This document shows positions 12,349 through 24,985 of a stretch of 64,000 nucleotides of DNA, piece after piece. Location: positions 49,565,221 to 49,629,220 of the forward strand of contig NC_068985.1 in assembly GCF_001194135.2 (NCBI RefSeq). Reading direction: 5' to 3'. This stretch comes from Octopus bimaculoides (Eukaryota). Position 1 is the stretch's first letter. The number at the start of each line of letters is the position of its first letter. The notes below the pieces were generated by a model, which worked only from the letters and a program-made list of their open reading frames with translations, was not told where the DNA came from and did no database searches. Both the position numbers and the translations under genes were made by a program.

Positions 12349-13033
12349 TACGGTGTGCTCCCACACAGTTACTGTCAACTAAATCCACTTACAAGCCTAT
12401 AATAGAAGATACATACCTAAGGTGCAGCACAGGGAGATTGAACGCATCAGAAATCACATAGTTGCAAAATGTGCCTCTTAATCACACAGCTATGTGTACA
12501 TTTATTATCTAGACATTTTAGATAATTGTGAGAAACTTTTAGGATCTGCAGATTTTATTCCCACCCCACTAGCATCAGTATTTAGTTATCATCACTAGGA
12601 GGATGTTTGTCTTGTTAATTGTTACCCTGTCTGTTCATGGAAATGGATAGTGACCAAAGCATCACCATAGTGTTGTCATAAGCCAAGGACAGAAAACAGT
12701 TGCCTGGAGCCACACAGGTATAGGACAGAATCCCTATTCTGCTCCACGTATGATATGGCTTGATGAAAGTAAATGAATGTTACAGGTATCAGTGCATTAC
12801 TTTATAGCAACATTATAGTTGCTATATTGGTCCTGGATCACTGATAATGTGTCCAGGAAGGGACCAGACCCCACACCCAATATGCCTGTGATTCAGAATT
12901 TCATTAGATCCTTCTTCAGTTGAGTAAGCCACCTCCTGGCTTGTTTAAAGATCATGAAACCCTTCTGAATGAGATTGTCCTAGCTAGATCTCACACTGAA
13001 AGCTACATACATATATGCATGCATGCAGATACA

Positions 13034-13065
<32 letters not shown>

Positions 13066-14054
13066 NNNNNNNNNNNNNNNNNNNNNNNNNNNNNNNNNNN
13101 NNNNNNNNNNNNNNNNNNNNNNNNNNNNNNNNNNNNNNNNNNNNNNNNNNNNNNNNNNNNNNNNNNNNNNNNNNNNNNNNNNNNNNNNNNNNNNNNNNNN
13201 NNNNNNNNNNNNNNNNNNNNNNNNNNNNNNNNNNNNNNNNNNNNNNNNNNNNNNNNNNNNNNNNNNNNNNNNNNNNNNNNNNNNNNNNNNNNNNNNNNNN
13301 NNNNNNNNNNNNNNNNNNNNNNNNNNNNNNNNNNNNNNNNNNNNNNNNNNNNNNNNNNNNNNNNNNNNNNNNNNNNNNNNNNNNNNNNNNNNNNNNNNNN
13401 NNNNNNNNNNNNNNNNNNNNNNNNNNNNNNNNNNNNNNNNNNNNNNNNNNNNNNNNNNNNNNNNNNNNNNNNNNNNNNNNNNNNNNNNNNNNNNNNNNNN
13501 NNNNNNNNNNNNNNNNNNNNNNNNNNNNNNNNNNNNNNNNNNNNNNNNNNNNNNNNNNNNNNNNNNNNNNNNNNNNNNNNNNNNNNNNNNNNNNNNNNNN
13601 NNNNNNNNNNNNNNNNNNNNNNNNNNNNNNNNNNNNNNNNNNNNNNNNNNNNNNNNNNNNNNNNNNNNNNNNNNNNNNNNNNNNNNNNNNNNNNNNNNNN
13701 NNNNNNNNNNNNNNNNNNNNNNNNNNNNNNNNNNNNNNNNNNNNNNNNNNNNNNNNNNNNNNNNNNTATATATATATATATATATATATACATACATGGA
13801 CACAGAGAGAAAATAGACAGTAAGGATGTAAGGCCAGCAAAATATAAAAAAGGAGACAAAGAAAGGCAGAACAGCAAGTTAATAAGGATTATATATATGT
13901 TTATACATACTATACATTTATACATACACATATGCACATAATTATGCATTATACATACACACACACACGTACACATAATACGTACGCATATAATACGTAA
14001 GTATATATATTTTTTATCATTTATTTTTATTTTAAATTAAATGTACGTAAGTCT

Positions 14055-14470
14055 AGGTACAGAGTAGTAAGAAGCTTGCTTCCCAATCACATGGTTCTGG
14101 GTTCAGTCTCACTGCATGGCACCTTGGGCAAATGTCTTCTACTATAACTGCAGGCCAACCAAAGCAGACCAGGTATATGGAAACCATATGTATGCCTACC
14201 ATGTGCATGTGTGTGTGTGCGTGTGTGCATGCATGCATGCATGTCTGCATGTGTGTGCGTGTGCACATGCATGCATGCATGTGACTTTGTTTATGTGTTT
14301 GTCCCACACCACAACTTGACAACCAGTTTACATCCCTGAAACATAGCAATTCAGCAAAAGGAACTGAAAGAATAAGTACCAGGCTTTACAAAAAATAAAG
14401 AGTATTGAGGTCAATTCATTGAACTACAATTTTTCAAGGCAGTGTCCCAGTAGGGCCACAACCTAATGAC
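14055..14470 (+). mobile_element. Family A SINE with (ATGC/GT)n linker
   Basis: Head, CORE-like segment, alternating purine-pyrimidine linker, tail. Confidence 0.75.
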
Positions 14471-15299
14471 AAACACGTAAAAGAAGTGTGTTTATGTGTG
14501 TGAATGCACAGAAATACGTATTACACTGGGAGGTATAGACTTATGTGTATATAAACATCATATANNNNNNNNNNNNNNNNNNNNNNNNNNNNNNNNNNNN
14601 NNNNNNNNNNNNNNNNNNNNNNNNNNNNNNNNNNNNNNNNNNNNNNNNNNNNNNNNNNNNNNNNNNNNNNNNNNNNNNNNNNNNNNNNNNNNNNNNNNNN
14701 NNNNNNNNNNNNNNNNNNNNNNNNNNNNNNNNNNNNNNNNNNNNNNNNNNNNNNNNNNNNNNNNNNNNNNNNNNNNNNNNNNNNNNNNNNNNNNNNNNNN
14801 NNNNNNNNNNNNNNNNNNNNNNNNNNNNNNNNNNNNNNNNNNNNNNNNNNNNNNNNNNNNNNNNNNNNNNNNNNNNNNNNNNNNNNNNATGTATATATGT
14901 GTGTGTGTGTGTGTCTGTGTCTGTCTCCCTAGCATTGCTTGACAACCGATGCTGGTGTGTTTATCTCCCCGTCACTTAGCGGTTCGGCAAAAGAGACCAA
15001 TAGAATAAGTACCAGGCTTACAAAGAATAAGTCCCGGGGTCGATTTGCTCGACAAAAGGTGGTGCTCCAGCATGGCCACAGTCAAATGACTGAAAAGAGT
15101 AAAGAGTAAAGAGTAATATATATACACACACACTTACACACACACATACATGCACAGAGAAAGAGTGAAGGAATAAGAAATAGAAAGAAAAATTGGGGGA
15201 TAAATTACAACTGACATATCTGCAAAGCACACCGTTTCCCTCTCTTCGTGTGTATATATATACATATGTATGTATACACACACATATATATATATAATA

Positions 15300-15520
15300 A
15301 GAAAAGTGCCAAATGATTCTCCAAGTAGAAAAAGTCTGTGGAAGGGGAAGACCAAAGTAAACATGGAAAAAATGTAGTGAAAGCTATTTTTAAAAGGCAG
15401 GAAGACAGAATTTTACAAAGAAGCCGACAAAAGACTGCAACAAGTGGTGGTGATACACTGTGCTACACAAGATCCTTCGAACCTATGCAGGCATGGTAAA
15501 ATAGATGTTAAAAGATAACA
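15300..15520 (+). mobile_element. RTE LINE 3' end remnant
   Basis: KCQMILQVEKVCGRGRPK*TW-like reading and tail CCTATGCAGGCATGGTAAAATAGATGTTAAA. Confidence 0.55.
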
Positions 15521-15884
15521 ATAAGGAGGAGATATGTACTGCATCTGAGCAATATATACAATAAGCTCAATGTATGCACACTTGTATAATTCACACAACC
15601 ATTTACTTACAACGATGTATGAATCACACCGACTTTATATATATATATATATTACTGCACCTGAGTACTATATACAAAAAGCTCATTATTATATGCACGT
15701 GTGTACACTTGTATAAGTCACACTTCTATGTACATATAACAATGAATGACTAGTACACACACACACACAAATACATGAGAGAGAGAGAGAGCAAGCAAAA
15801 ATTAAAAATGAGTGTTTTAATATGAATTAAAGCAAACACCGCACATTAACTGAATGAAAGAACTCTATACTAGTGTAGCGCTTA

Positions 15885-15952
<68 letters not shown>

Positions 15953-15966
15953 TAATTTTTTCGATA

Positions 15967-16050
15967 GTGACTTCAAAGTTTCAACAAGTGTGTGTTTATT
16001 CAAACTGATGGCTTGGATAAACCACAAAGTCAATGAAGCTTTCAAGTCAC
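15967..16050 (+). ncRNA. Candidate hairpin RNA
   Basis: GTGACTTCAAAGTTTCA pairs with TGAAGCTTTCAAGTCAC; inner TGTG(T)GTTTATTCAA pairs with TTGGATAAACCACA around a 9-nt loop. Confidence 0.25.
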
Positions 16051-16796
16051 TTTCATTACAATTATGCTCCCTCCATACACACACAACCACACTTTTTAGG
16101 CTTTAATTAGTTCTAGCCAGTATGCTGTGGTCACACTGGAGCTCTAATACATACATACATACATACATACATACATACAACAATGAACATTTATAGCTAA
16201 ATTCATTCATACAAAAGTCTGTGGTTTTTACATACAGAAACATACACACACTCTTTTTTTTTTTACAGTAACATAGTATTTTTTTCTTTTGTTTATTGTT
16301 TGTTCCATAAACAAACAACAACAACAACAGCAAAACTAATAATTATGTAAACAAGATATGCCAATAAAAAGAAAACAAAAAAAAGAAACTCACAATTGTT
16401 CAAAATTCACATTTGTTCAAGATTGGATGTGAAGATAGAGGAAATAATAACAATTAACTGGGAAACAGATGTATAACTGTATATAATAGCAGCTGATGAC
16501 AATTATGATAGTAGTAGTAGTAGTAGTAGTCCGAGAGTCCTGTGGTGGACACGCAATGTTGTGTTCTTATTAAAGTTAGTTTTAGATTGTTGTGAAAGTG
16601 AGTGCCAGGCAATCATATGTCAGAGGGAAGTCACATGATGGTGGTGATGGAGTTGACTATGTGCATAAGAACCAGAATACGTATATGTGTGTGTATGTGT
16701 GAGGGAGAGAGAGAGAGGGAGAGTGAGAGAGAGACTGATGTGAAAGAGCAAGAGTGACAGAGAGAGAGAGAGAACAGAGAGGAAATGATTACATAC

Positions 16797-16831
<35 letters not shown>

Positions 16832-17950
16832 AAGAAAGAGAGAGAGNNNNNNNNNNNNNNNNNNNNNNNNNNNNNNNNNNNNNNNNNNNNNNNNNNNNNN
16901 NNNNNNNNNNNNNNNNNNNNNNNNNNNNNNNNNNNNNNNNNNNNNNAACCCATGCCAGCATGGAAAATGGATGTTAAATGGTGATGATGATGATGATATT
17001 TGTATTTTATGATTATAATGGTAGGAATAGTGTATGACTTTTATTTAACCACAGGTCAGCTTTGATTATACAGACTTATGATCAGGTGGCATTCTAACCA
17101 TGACCAACCCATCAGGCTTTTCTTCTTCATACATTGTGTAATCTAGAACTATATTACACTATATTATTGAATGCGACCTCTCCTTTCTTGTAAGATTGTA
17201 AGGGTTCTGATATGAGGGAAATATTTAGCTGCTATTTCTAGCAAGTCAAGTCACTGTTTTACTCTTATTGTATCCCAATTTCCTTGGACTGAATTTTATT
17301 CATATCTTCAATTTTTACTATAAATGTATATATATATGTACGTAAATGCATGCACATGTGTGTGTGTATCTGTAACTGACATTCTTACATTAGTGTTTGA
17401 TAATCACATATGCTTGTGTGTATATGTGACTGTGGCTCCCCCACAATCATCACAATACATCTGTGACATTCTCTATTTTTCTATCTATCAGGTATGTAAG
17501 TGTGTGTGTACATATGTATGCATGTGGTAGAATGACTTTTGACTGAGTTTTGTGTAAAAACTATAATACTATAAATACTAATTTTGCTTACATCTACAAA
17601 AATGTTCAAAATATACGGAAACAGAGAGAGAAAGAGAGAAGGANNNNNNNNNNNNNNNNNNNNNNNNNNNNNNNNNNNNNNNNNNNNNNNNNNNNNNNNN
17701 NNNNNNNNNNNNNNNNNNNNNNNNNNNNNNNNNNNNNNNNNNNNNNNNNNNNNNNNNNNNNNNNNNNNNNNNNNNNNNNNNNNNNNNNNNNNNNNNNNNN
17801 NNNNNNNNNNNNNNNNNNAAGCAAGTGAGTGTATGAGATAAGAAAGTAGTGAAAAGGGAAGAGAATAAGTGAAATAGGAGAAACGGTGTAACGGAAGAGA
17901 GTAGAACAGAGTGAGAAAGAGGAGGGAAAATGTGAGAATTCTACAGCATG

Positions 17951-18410
17951 GCAAGAAAGAAAGAAGGAAAAATAGAAAAGAAAGAAAAATAGAAAAGAAA
18001 GAAAGAAAGAAAGAAAGAAATAAAGAAAGAAGGAAAGAAAGAAAGAAGGAAAGAAAGAAAGAAAGAAAGAAAGAAGGAAAAATAGAAAAGAAGGAAAAAT
18101 AGAAAAGAAAGAAAAATAGAAAAGAAAGAAAGAAAGAAAGAAAATAGAAAAGAAAGAAAAATAGAAAAGAAAGAAAAATAGAAAAGAAAGACAGAAAAAA
18201 AGAAAGAAAAATAGGAAAGAAAGAAAGAAAAATAAAAAAGAAAAAAAGGAAGAAAAATAGAAAAGAAAAAGAAAGAAATAAAGAAAGAAAAATAGAAAAG
18301 AAAGACAGAAAAAAGAAAGAAAAATAGAAAAGAAAAAAGGAGGAAAAATAGAAAAGAAAGAAAATAAAAGAAAGAAAGAAAAATAGAAAAGAAAGAAAGA
18401 AAGAAAAGAA
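17951..18410. repeat. ~460-bp polypurine (GAAA)n/AAAATAGAAAAG compound repeat
   Basis: Almost purely A/G; source of the spurious F/L/S-rich 358-aa minus-strand ORF. Confidence 0.95.
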
Positions 18411-18449
18411 GTGTAACAGCTAATATTTGGCATTTTCAAGTTTAGCATT

Positions 18450-18700
18450 TTCTTTTTCCACCATTCCAGACACCAACAGGATCCTGCTTTACTTATGCAA
18501 AAGATCCTGTAAAAGATCACCAGCACATCTTGCTTTGCTGACATAAAAGCCAGCAACATCAATCGCCACAACAAAGTCACACCAAACATGAAGAGATCAC
18601 AATAAAAACCTCTAATATTATACTTCCACTGCAACACCAAGCAAACGCCCTTACGAGACATTTCTCTAAAATTAGCCACCAACGAAAACTACACAAATAA
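18450..18700 (+). mobile_element. Degenerate Penelope-like fragment (RT/GIY-YIG linker)
   Basis: Reads ...TSCFADIKASNINRHNKV...HCNTKQTP, resembling SYSCM.NI..II..HNK...CNC of Penelope-like elements. Confidence 0.35.
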
Positions 18701-18821
18701 GAGAACACAAAATGATAAACAGTTATCTTCCATCAAGACCATTTTTTCTCACCTGGGGTCTATATCACCCTTAGGGATCCATATAAAATTTTGTTGTTAA
18801 CATCTAGAGATGCAGGCATGG

Positions 18822-19115
18822 CTGTGTGGTAAGAAGCATTCTTCCCAACCACATGGTTCTGGCCTTGTGAGTGGATTTGGTAGATAGAAACTGAAAGAAA
18901 CCTGTTATATATGTGTGTGTGTCACCACCACCACTTGACAACTGATGTTGGTGTGTTTACATCTCTGTAACTTAGCAGTTTGGCAAAAAGAGACCAAAAG
19001 AATAAGTACCAAGCTTAACAAGAAATAAGCACTGGGATTGATTCATTTGACTAAAAATTCAAGGCAGTGCACCAACATGGCCATAGTCTTACAATTGAAG
19101 CAAGTAAAAGATAAA
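18822..19115 (+). mobile_element. Family A SINE with internal deletion
   Basis: Head jumps from GGTTCTGG to CCTTGTGAGTGG; tail complete. Confidence 0.75.
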
Positions 19116-19201
19116 GGATTTATATGCAGTAAATTGTTTATACTTCTACAATACACAAAAATGTTAACAATTTTTTATACCATCCCTAATAAAATCTAAT
19201 T

Positions 19202-20038
19202 ATTACATGGAAAAATGCAAGCAAGAGAAATAATATTTTTAAGATTATAAATCTGGAAAAGTACTGGACAAGTTGTTACATCTGGTAAAGAACAGAACAG
19301 GAAAATTTTTACTTATAATATTGCAGCTAAGGATAAAATTTCAAATAAAATATTTAGATTCAGAAAATATTAGCTTTTATCAAAACTAAAAATTTTATTA
19401 CAAGTTATTACTTCTATTAGTTATTACTTGTTATTTCTATTAAAAATTAAAAAATAACTCTATTAAAATATTTTTTGCACTCTAAAAAATTCATTTTTAA
19501 AAATTATTAATTAATAATTAGAAATTTGAAAATAGGTTATAAAAAATAATAGTAGTACATAATTAGTTAGTACAATAAATAGAATAATACAAAAATTAGT
19601 TAAATATTACAGTAAAATCTACCTATAACAACAAATTCACAGTAAAATTTGATTGAGTTGTTGCCTAAGTTATTGCCAAGTCTTTACATTTTTAGTCTTG
19701 ACACAATGCCTATTTTTTACATAGTGAGTTTGCCTACCATATATACTATTCTACTTTGCATAAAACTTTAAGCTATATTGGTACTTCTGGCTCTCATTTA
19801 TTAAGTATTCTACTATGTCAATATTTTAACAAAATGATAGTACCTTTTCTAATTATAATGTTATTTTGTAAATTAAAATCAAATAATTTTTAATATTCAA
19901 ATTTTATCCTTAGCTGCAATATTTTAAGTAAAAGTTTTCCTGTTCTGTTCTTTACCAGGTATAATAACTTGTCCTGTACTTTTCCATATTTATAATCTTA
20001 AGAATATTATTTCTCTTGCTTGCATTTTTCCATGTAAT
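19202..20038. mobile_element. 837-bp non-autonomous DNA transposon with 140-bp TIRs
   Basis: 19202-19341 is the reverse complement of 19899-20038 (8 mismatches in 140 by my alignment); AT-rich non-coding interior. Confidence 0.85.
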
Positions 20039-20644
20039 CCATGTTTTTTCAAGGCTATGTTATTATGGTAATTAATAATGTGCCAAATGTGTCAATCAGT
20101 GGTATCGTTGATAATTCTTTCCTTACCTCAATGATGCCGGTAACATATTAAAAGTCCCCTAGAACTATATTCATAAAAAAGTATAGAACTATATTATCAC
20201 CCTCAAATTTGAGAAACAAACACTCATAACATTTTTTCTTTCAAAACTTCATTGCATGAGATTGATACCATGAAATTCCTCAAATTAAACTCTATCATTT
20301 AAGCTTAATTAAAATATAGTTTGTTTTTAAAATAAAAAAGTTAATTATACTTAAATCCAATTTTTTGCCTTACTTAATTTTTTTTTCATGATATTTTATC
20401 TCACAACTTTTTTGATACAAATTTCTGTTGCATTGGAACAAAACTATGAAATTCTTCATGCTTTCTTCTATCATTGAAGCTAAAATAAATATATTTTGCT
20501 TTTAAAATAAAAAAGTTATTTAGATCTAAATGTGATTGGTGGCATTACTTACTCTCCTATAATGTCACTACAAATTTTGATGTAAACTTTTTTCTACTGG
20601 ACCAAATCTCAATTTTTTTTTAATGCCAAAATGTAGCTATGGAC

Positions 20645-20878
20645 CAGTCCTCTTCAAAAATGTTAACGGTTTTCTATTTGGTTAAGAACTGAATTAGTGA
20701 CAAACTCTGAAAAATGCTGTGTGAGAGTAAATTGCGGCCTTAAGAATATTATCCAACTACTACTGTAGTTGAATGATAAAAATGTAACATTTTTTAAACA
20801 TTGAATGGCTATGAAGATGTACCTGGGTAAAATAGGGATGAGATGGGTTTCTAAGTTAAAAATGGCTGAGAACCACTG
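20645..20878. mobile_element. Charlie/Buster-type hAT MITE (234 bp)
   Basis: Ends CAGTCCTCTTCA... and ...GGCTGAGAACCACTG; flanks CTATGGAC and ATCTAGAC (5/8), consistent with a decayed 8-bp TSD; related end at about 35290-35421. Confidence 0.6.
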
Positions 20879-21999
20879 ATCTAGACTATCACTGAGTGAC
20901 CTCATTCTTTCATTAAACACCCAAACAATAATAGGGAAATTTAAAATCTCAAAAGCTTCAAGGCCTGATAAATCCAAAGACATAAACCTAAGGCAGTAAA
21001 TTGGCAATCTTGGAAGTTAGAACCATTATCATCATTATCATCAACATTTAATATCCATTTTCCATGTTGGCGTAGGTTGGATGGCTTGACAGGAACTGCC
21101 AACGCCAGGGGCCAATAGTCTGTTTTGGTTTGATTTCTTCAGCAGTAGAGGGGCAGGCAAGATGTCTTGTAGTATCTTTCCTGGTTCCCCTGTGTTCTCA
21201 TAGCACTGCTTATGATGACACTGATGTCAAGCTGTCTTGGTCCTAAAAAAAAAATCTTGCCTAAACATGGTCAAACTAAACTGATAGGGGCTTTAATGCA
21301 CATAAAACATTTAAAGTCAGAAGGAATCACTGCAGTCATCAACTATCCTTACCAACATTGCCACATCCCTACAATCTGTGAATAGGCAAAACTTATAAAA
21401 TGTAAAATCAAATAAAAACCCAAGTGAACAAACATCTTGAAGATCAGTCACCTTCCTATGAAAGATCAGTCACTAAATTACATATCACTCTCTCCAAATC
21501 ACAGCAAGGATTCATACCACTACACTGAATCACCATTCCATCCACAAATCTAATATAAAAGACATGTGATTGCCTCAACAACAAAAACTGCTCAACATGC
21601 ATTGTTCTATTACTAATAATAACAGTTAAGCTTTTGACTCCATTCCTAGCTATCCATTTATACTCAATACCTTCTCAAGAAGGATGGTAAAATGCTAGCC
21701 AATATTGCTGAGATTGGTTTTCTACTGCCAGACACAGTAAGGTAATATTCTCCATGGCCAGACATGTTTTATACATACAAACACACACATAAATATGTAT
21801 ATATACATAGGTAACAGGCTTCTTTCAATCTCCACTTACAGGGCTTTGTTTGGCTAAGGGTTATAGAAGAAGACATTTGTTCATGTGCCACACAGTGAGA
21901 CTGAACCTGAGATTATGTGTTAGTTGGCAAGCAAACTTCTTACCACATAGCCATACATGGACCTCCAGTTATTTATTATTCCCTAGACACAGCTGCACA

Positions 22000-22500
22000 A
22001 ATACTCCAACTGTATAACAATAACCTGAAAAAAAAATAGCTCTAAAACAACAAACTTAAAGTAAATTCTATGAAATCCACCATCTCCTGCTTCAGCATCA
22101 ATGTCAGAGAATATTAAATACGACCATGTGATATATCATAACATAAACACACCACAGACAAGACAAAAAATACTCAGAATTTACATAGAACTACTCCACA
22201 ATATTCACAGTATACAAAGAAAACATCAAAGAAAGTAAAATTAAGCACACTCTTCAAGCAGTCACAGGTACCATTTCAGCTAACAGAAAAACAGCAATGA
22301 TGGTGTACAAATAATATATTAGACTATGTTAGTCCTACTTTGACACCCAATTTTTTCACAACAAACTACTTCAAACTAGAAAGTATGTAAAAGAGTGGAT
22401 GATACATATGTTGCCGACATACAATACTCACATATCACCAATATAATAAAATAGAGATAATAAAATGAAAGATCCCCTGGACATGTTTGGAATGCAGTTT
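22000..22500 (+). mobile_element. Highly decayed Jockey/I-like LINE RT C-terminal remnant
   Basis: Reads ...NILDYVSPTLTPNFFTTNYFKLES..., resembling RPILDY.S..W......N...LE. Confidence 0.3.
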
Positions 22501-22929
22501 GTTGCTACAGTAAGTATCAACACTTACAGTCCTTATCGCTAAAGGAAAATCCTCTTCAAACAGCTAGATATATAGAAAACATCTCCAATACACTATACAG
22601 CAATATCCTAAAAACACAATCTCTTTCAATCAAGCCAGACAAACAGGAAAAAACATTATACAATAGAAGTTGCAACATCAATAACCTCATTGAGCCCAAA
22701 CACTGTTACTGGGATGCCCAGCACTTTAGAAGGAATATTCAGTAATCACCCAATGTTATTCACTAAACTACTGCACATGTGATCAACAAAATCTGACCAC
22801 TCACAACTTCACACAGAATAGGCTCCAGTAACGAGTTCATCTTTTGGCATGCTCCCTTCTGAATCTATCAATCAATATAAATTCAACACACAATGATTAT
22901 TAGATAGAGAGCTTTGGAATGCAGGAGAG

Positions 22930-22993
22930 GGAGTTGATAGACACTGTAGGAGTTGATAGACACTATAGGAGTTGATAGACACTGTAGGAGTTG
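22930..22993. repeat. 19-bp minisatellite (GGAGTTGATAGACACTRTA) x3.4
   Basis: Directly visible. Confidence 0.95.
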
Positions 22994-24761
22994 GCCAACA
23001 GAAACGGTGGACAACAGCTGACAACAAAAAGGCAATGAACAGTCAGAGGATGAAAGACATTAGATGTCAGTTGCTGGTAAGCAACTAACAACACTTTCTC
23101 TGTGGCTGCACCAACACCAAGAACAATAACATTCAAAACTCTCTCTACATTTTGTCCTTCACAGTAATAACATTTTTTTTTTTGTGTGTACGAAAAGAAT
23201 AAAATTTTGCTCATCTAGCTTCTGTATTCTTCTTCATACAATAACACCAGTAAGTGCAGATTGTGTACTAACAGAGTTTAAATTGCCAACATTCATTGTG
23301 ATGACAACCAGTACTTGCAGATCTACACACATAGACTGGACAGTGTGGAGATTACAGTATGTCCACAGTGTTCCACATATATTTCACCACTCAGTGTATG
23401 CAATATAGTCCTAAGCTCTACAGTAACTACAACCACACTGAAACCCATGACTATGTGATGTGAGTTTTGAACACTGTAACACAAGTTCCACTGTGCTGGA
23501 GATGTCACATGGTTTATAAACAAAAGGTGAACTCCTGCAGTTATCAAGTGCCATTGAAGAGACTAAAACTGACCACTTGGAAGACTTCTAAGATAATGGG
23601 AAGACAACATGGTCAAACAATTCAGGCTCAAATGGGAGAGAAAGGAGCAATCAATGAAAGAATGTGACCAGTGATGTATAAAGGACATCTGACAGTCTGG
23701 TCATAAAAAAAAAGGGAGTGAAAAAAAGAAACCAACAACTTCATCTAAGGAGCCAGCTGAATAACCTTTCACATGTTCTCCAATTTTTAACTACATTTGT
23801 CACATCTCAAGTTCTAGATCTATATCAACTCATCACAAATTTTACTGTATCTGTCGTGTAATTGTGTGTGCACACACATGCATGCTTGTGTGCATGTGTA
23901 TGTACATGGTTTCAGGTTTGATTCCACTTTGGAACACCTTGAGTAAGTGTCGCCTGACATAACCAGGTGAATAGAATTCGATAGAAAGAAACTATGCAGA
24001 AGCCTCCTCTCTCTTTCTCTCTTTCTAGTAAAAGTTTGAGTTAATAAAGATAAAATACTTATACATAGTGTTTGTATTTTTTATTTTGTAAGAAGCTGAA
24101 GTTTCTTAAATCTTTATTCTGACAGTTCCTTTCTCTTCCATTTGAGCCTGAAATTGTTTGTTAGTTATTCAGGTATTCAAATGATTGTAAAAGGAAATAG
24201 TATAATGTAGAAGCACAAATATTCATAAATATATCAAAATATGGTTAATCATTCAGATTTGAAAGTTTAAAAAAAAGCAGCATGGATAGTTAGAAAAAAA
24301 AAAAAAAACTCCCAAGAATGATTTTAGAAAAATATGAAAAATGCATCACATATTTATTCAATTGTAATGCAGAACATATAATATTTTTGTCTTTTTCACA
24401 TACAAAAATATGTGATGTGCTCATTATATCAGTATCATATGTGTGAAACACACAAAAGCAAGAAAAGTGACTATTGTTAATGAAGTTTTTGTGTTGATAA
24501 ATAACTGGAAAGCTTTTTTTTTCCAATTTGTGGCCACTTTTTCAGAATATGGTGAAGACATTTTTTGGGAAATGAACTATTTTAGCTGGTTGGTACATGG
24601 AAATGACGGAAGTGTACACAAAAATTTTATAATTCCAGTCTTTTTGTTCAAGCCTGTGAATGGTTGAAATACTTCTCGGAGAGGCATTGATTACTCCTTC
24701 TGGAGGGATTCACATTCTGTAATGGGTCAATCAATTTTATCTTTTAATATTATCACTCTTT

Positions 24762-24985
24762 AAGGCAATGAGCTGGTAGAATCGTTAACATACTAGGCAA
24801 AATGATTAGCATCATTTCGTCCATCTTTATGTTCTGAGTTCAAATTCTGTGCAAAAATCGACTTTGCCTTTCATCCTTTTGGGGTTGATAAAAGAAGTAC
24901 CAGTTGAGTAGTTGAGTACTGGGGTTGATGTAATCAACTTAGCACCCCATCAACTTGCTGGCCTTGAGTCAAAATTTTAAACCAA
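24762..24985 (+). mobile_element. tRNA-headed Nin-domain SINE (family B)
   Basis: GAGTTCAAATTC B-box, then GACTTTGCCTTTCATCCTTTTGGGGTTGATAAAAGAAGTACCAG (Nin-like core); other copies at about 26775-26925, 27555-27695, 29090-29270 (+) and 9745-9845, 50530-50670, 52010-52770 (-). Confidence 0.8.

Noticed and set aside
15967-15993. miR-87 homologue
   Set aside because: Only partial likeness; seed differs and it lies on the 5' arm
17606-18682. 358-aa F/L/S-rich minus-strand ORF resembling a membrane protein
   Set aside because: Translation of a (CTTT)n-type low-complexity tract
22930-22993. Regular 19-bp (and 29-bp at 35014-35098) repeats as CRISPR-like arrays
   Set aside because: No unique spacers; plain minisatellites in eukaryotic DNA
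24443-24667. 74-aa ORF or possible exon (EYGEDIFWEMNYFSW...), and similar short ORFs at 46636, 58519 and 59208
   Set aside because: No recognisable homology, and either no convincing donor or a likely decayed LINE origin
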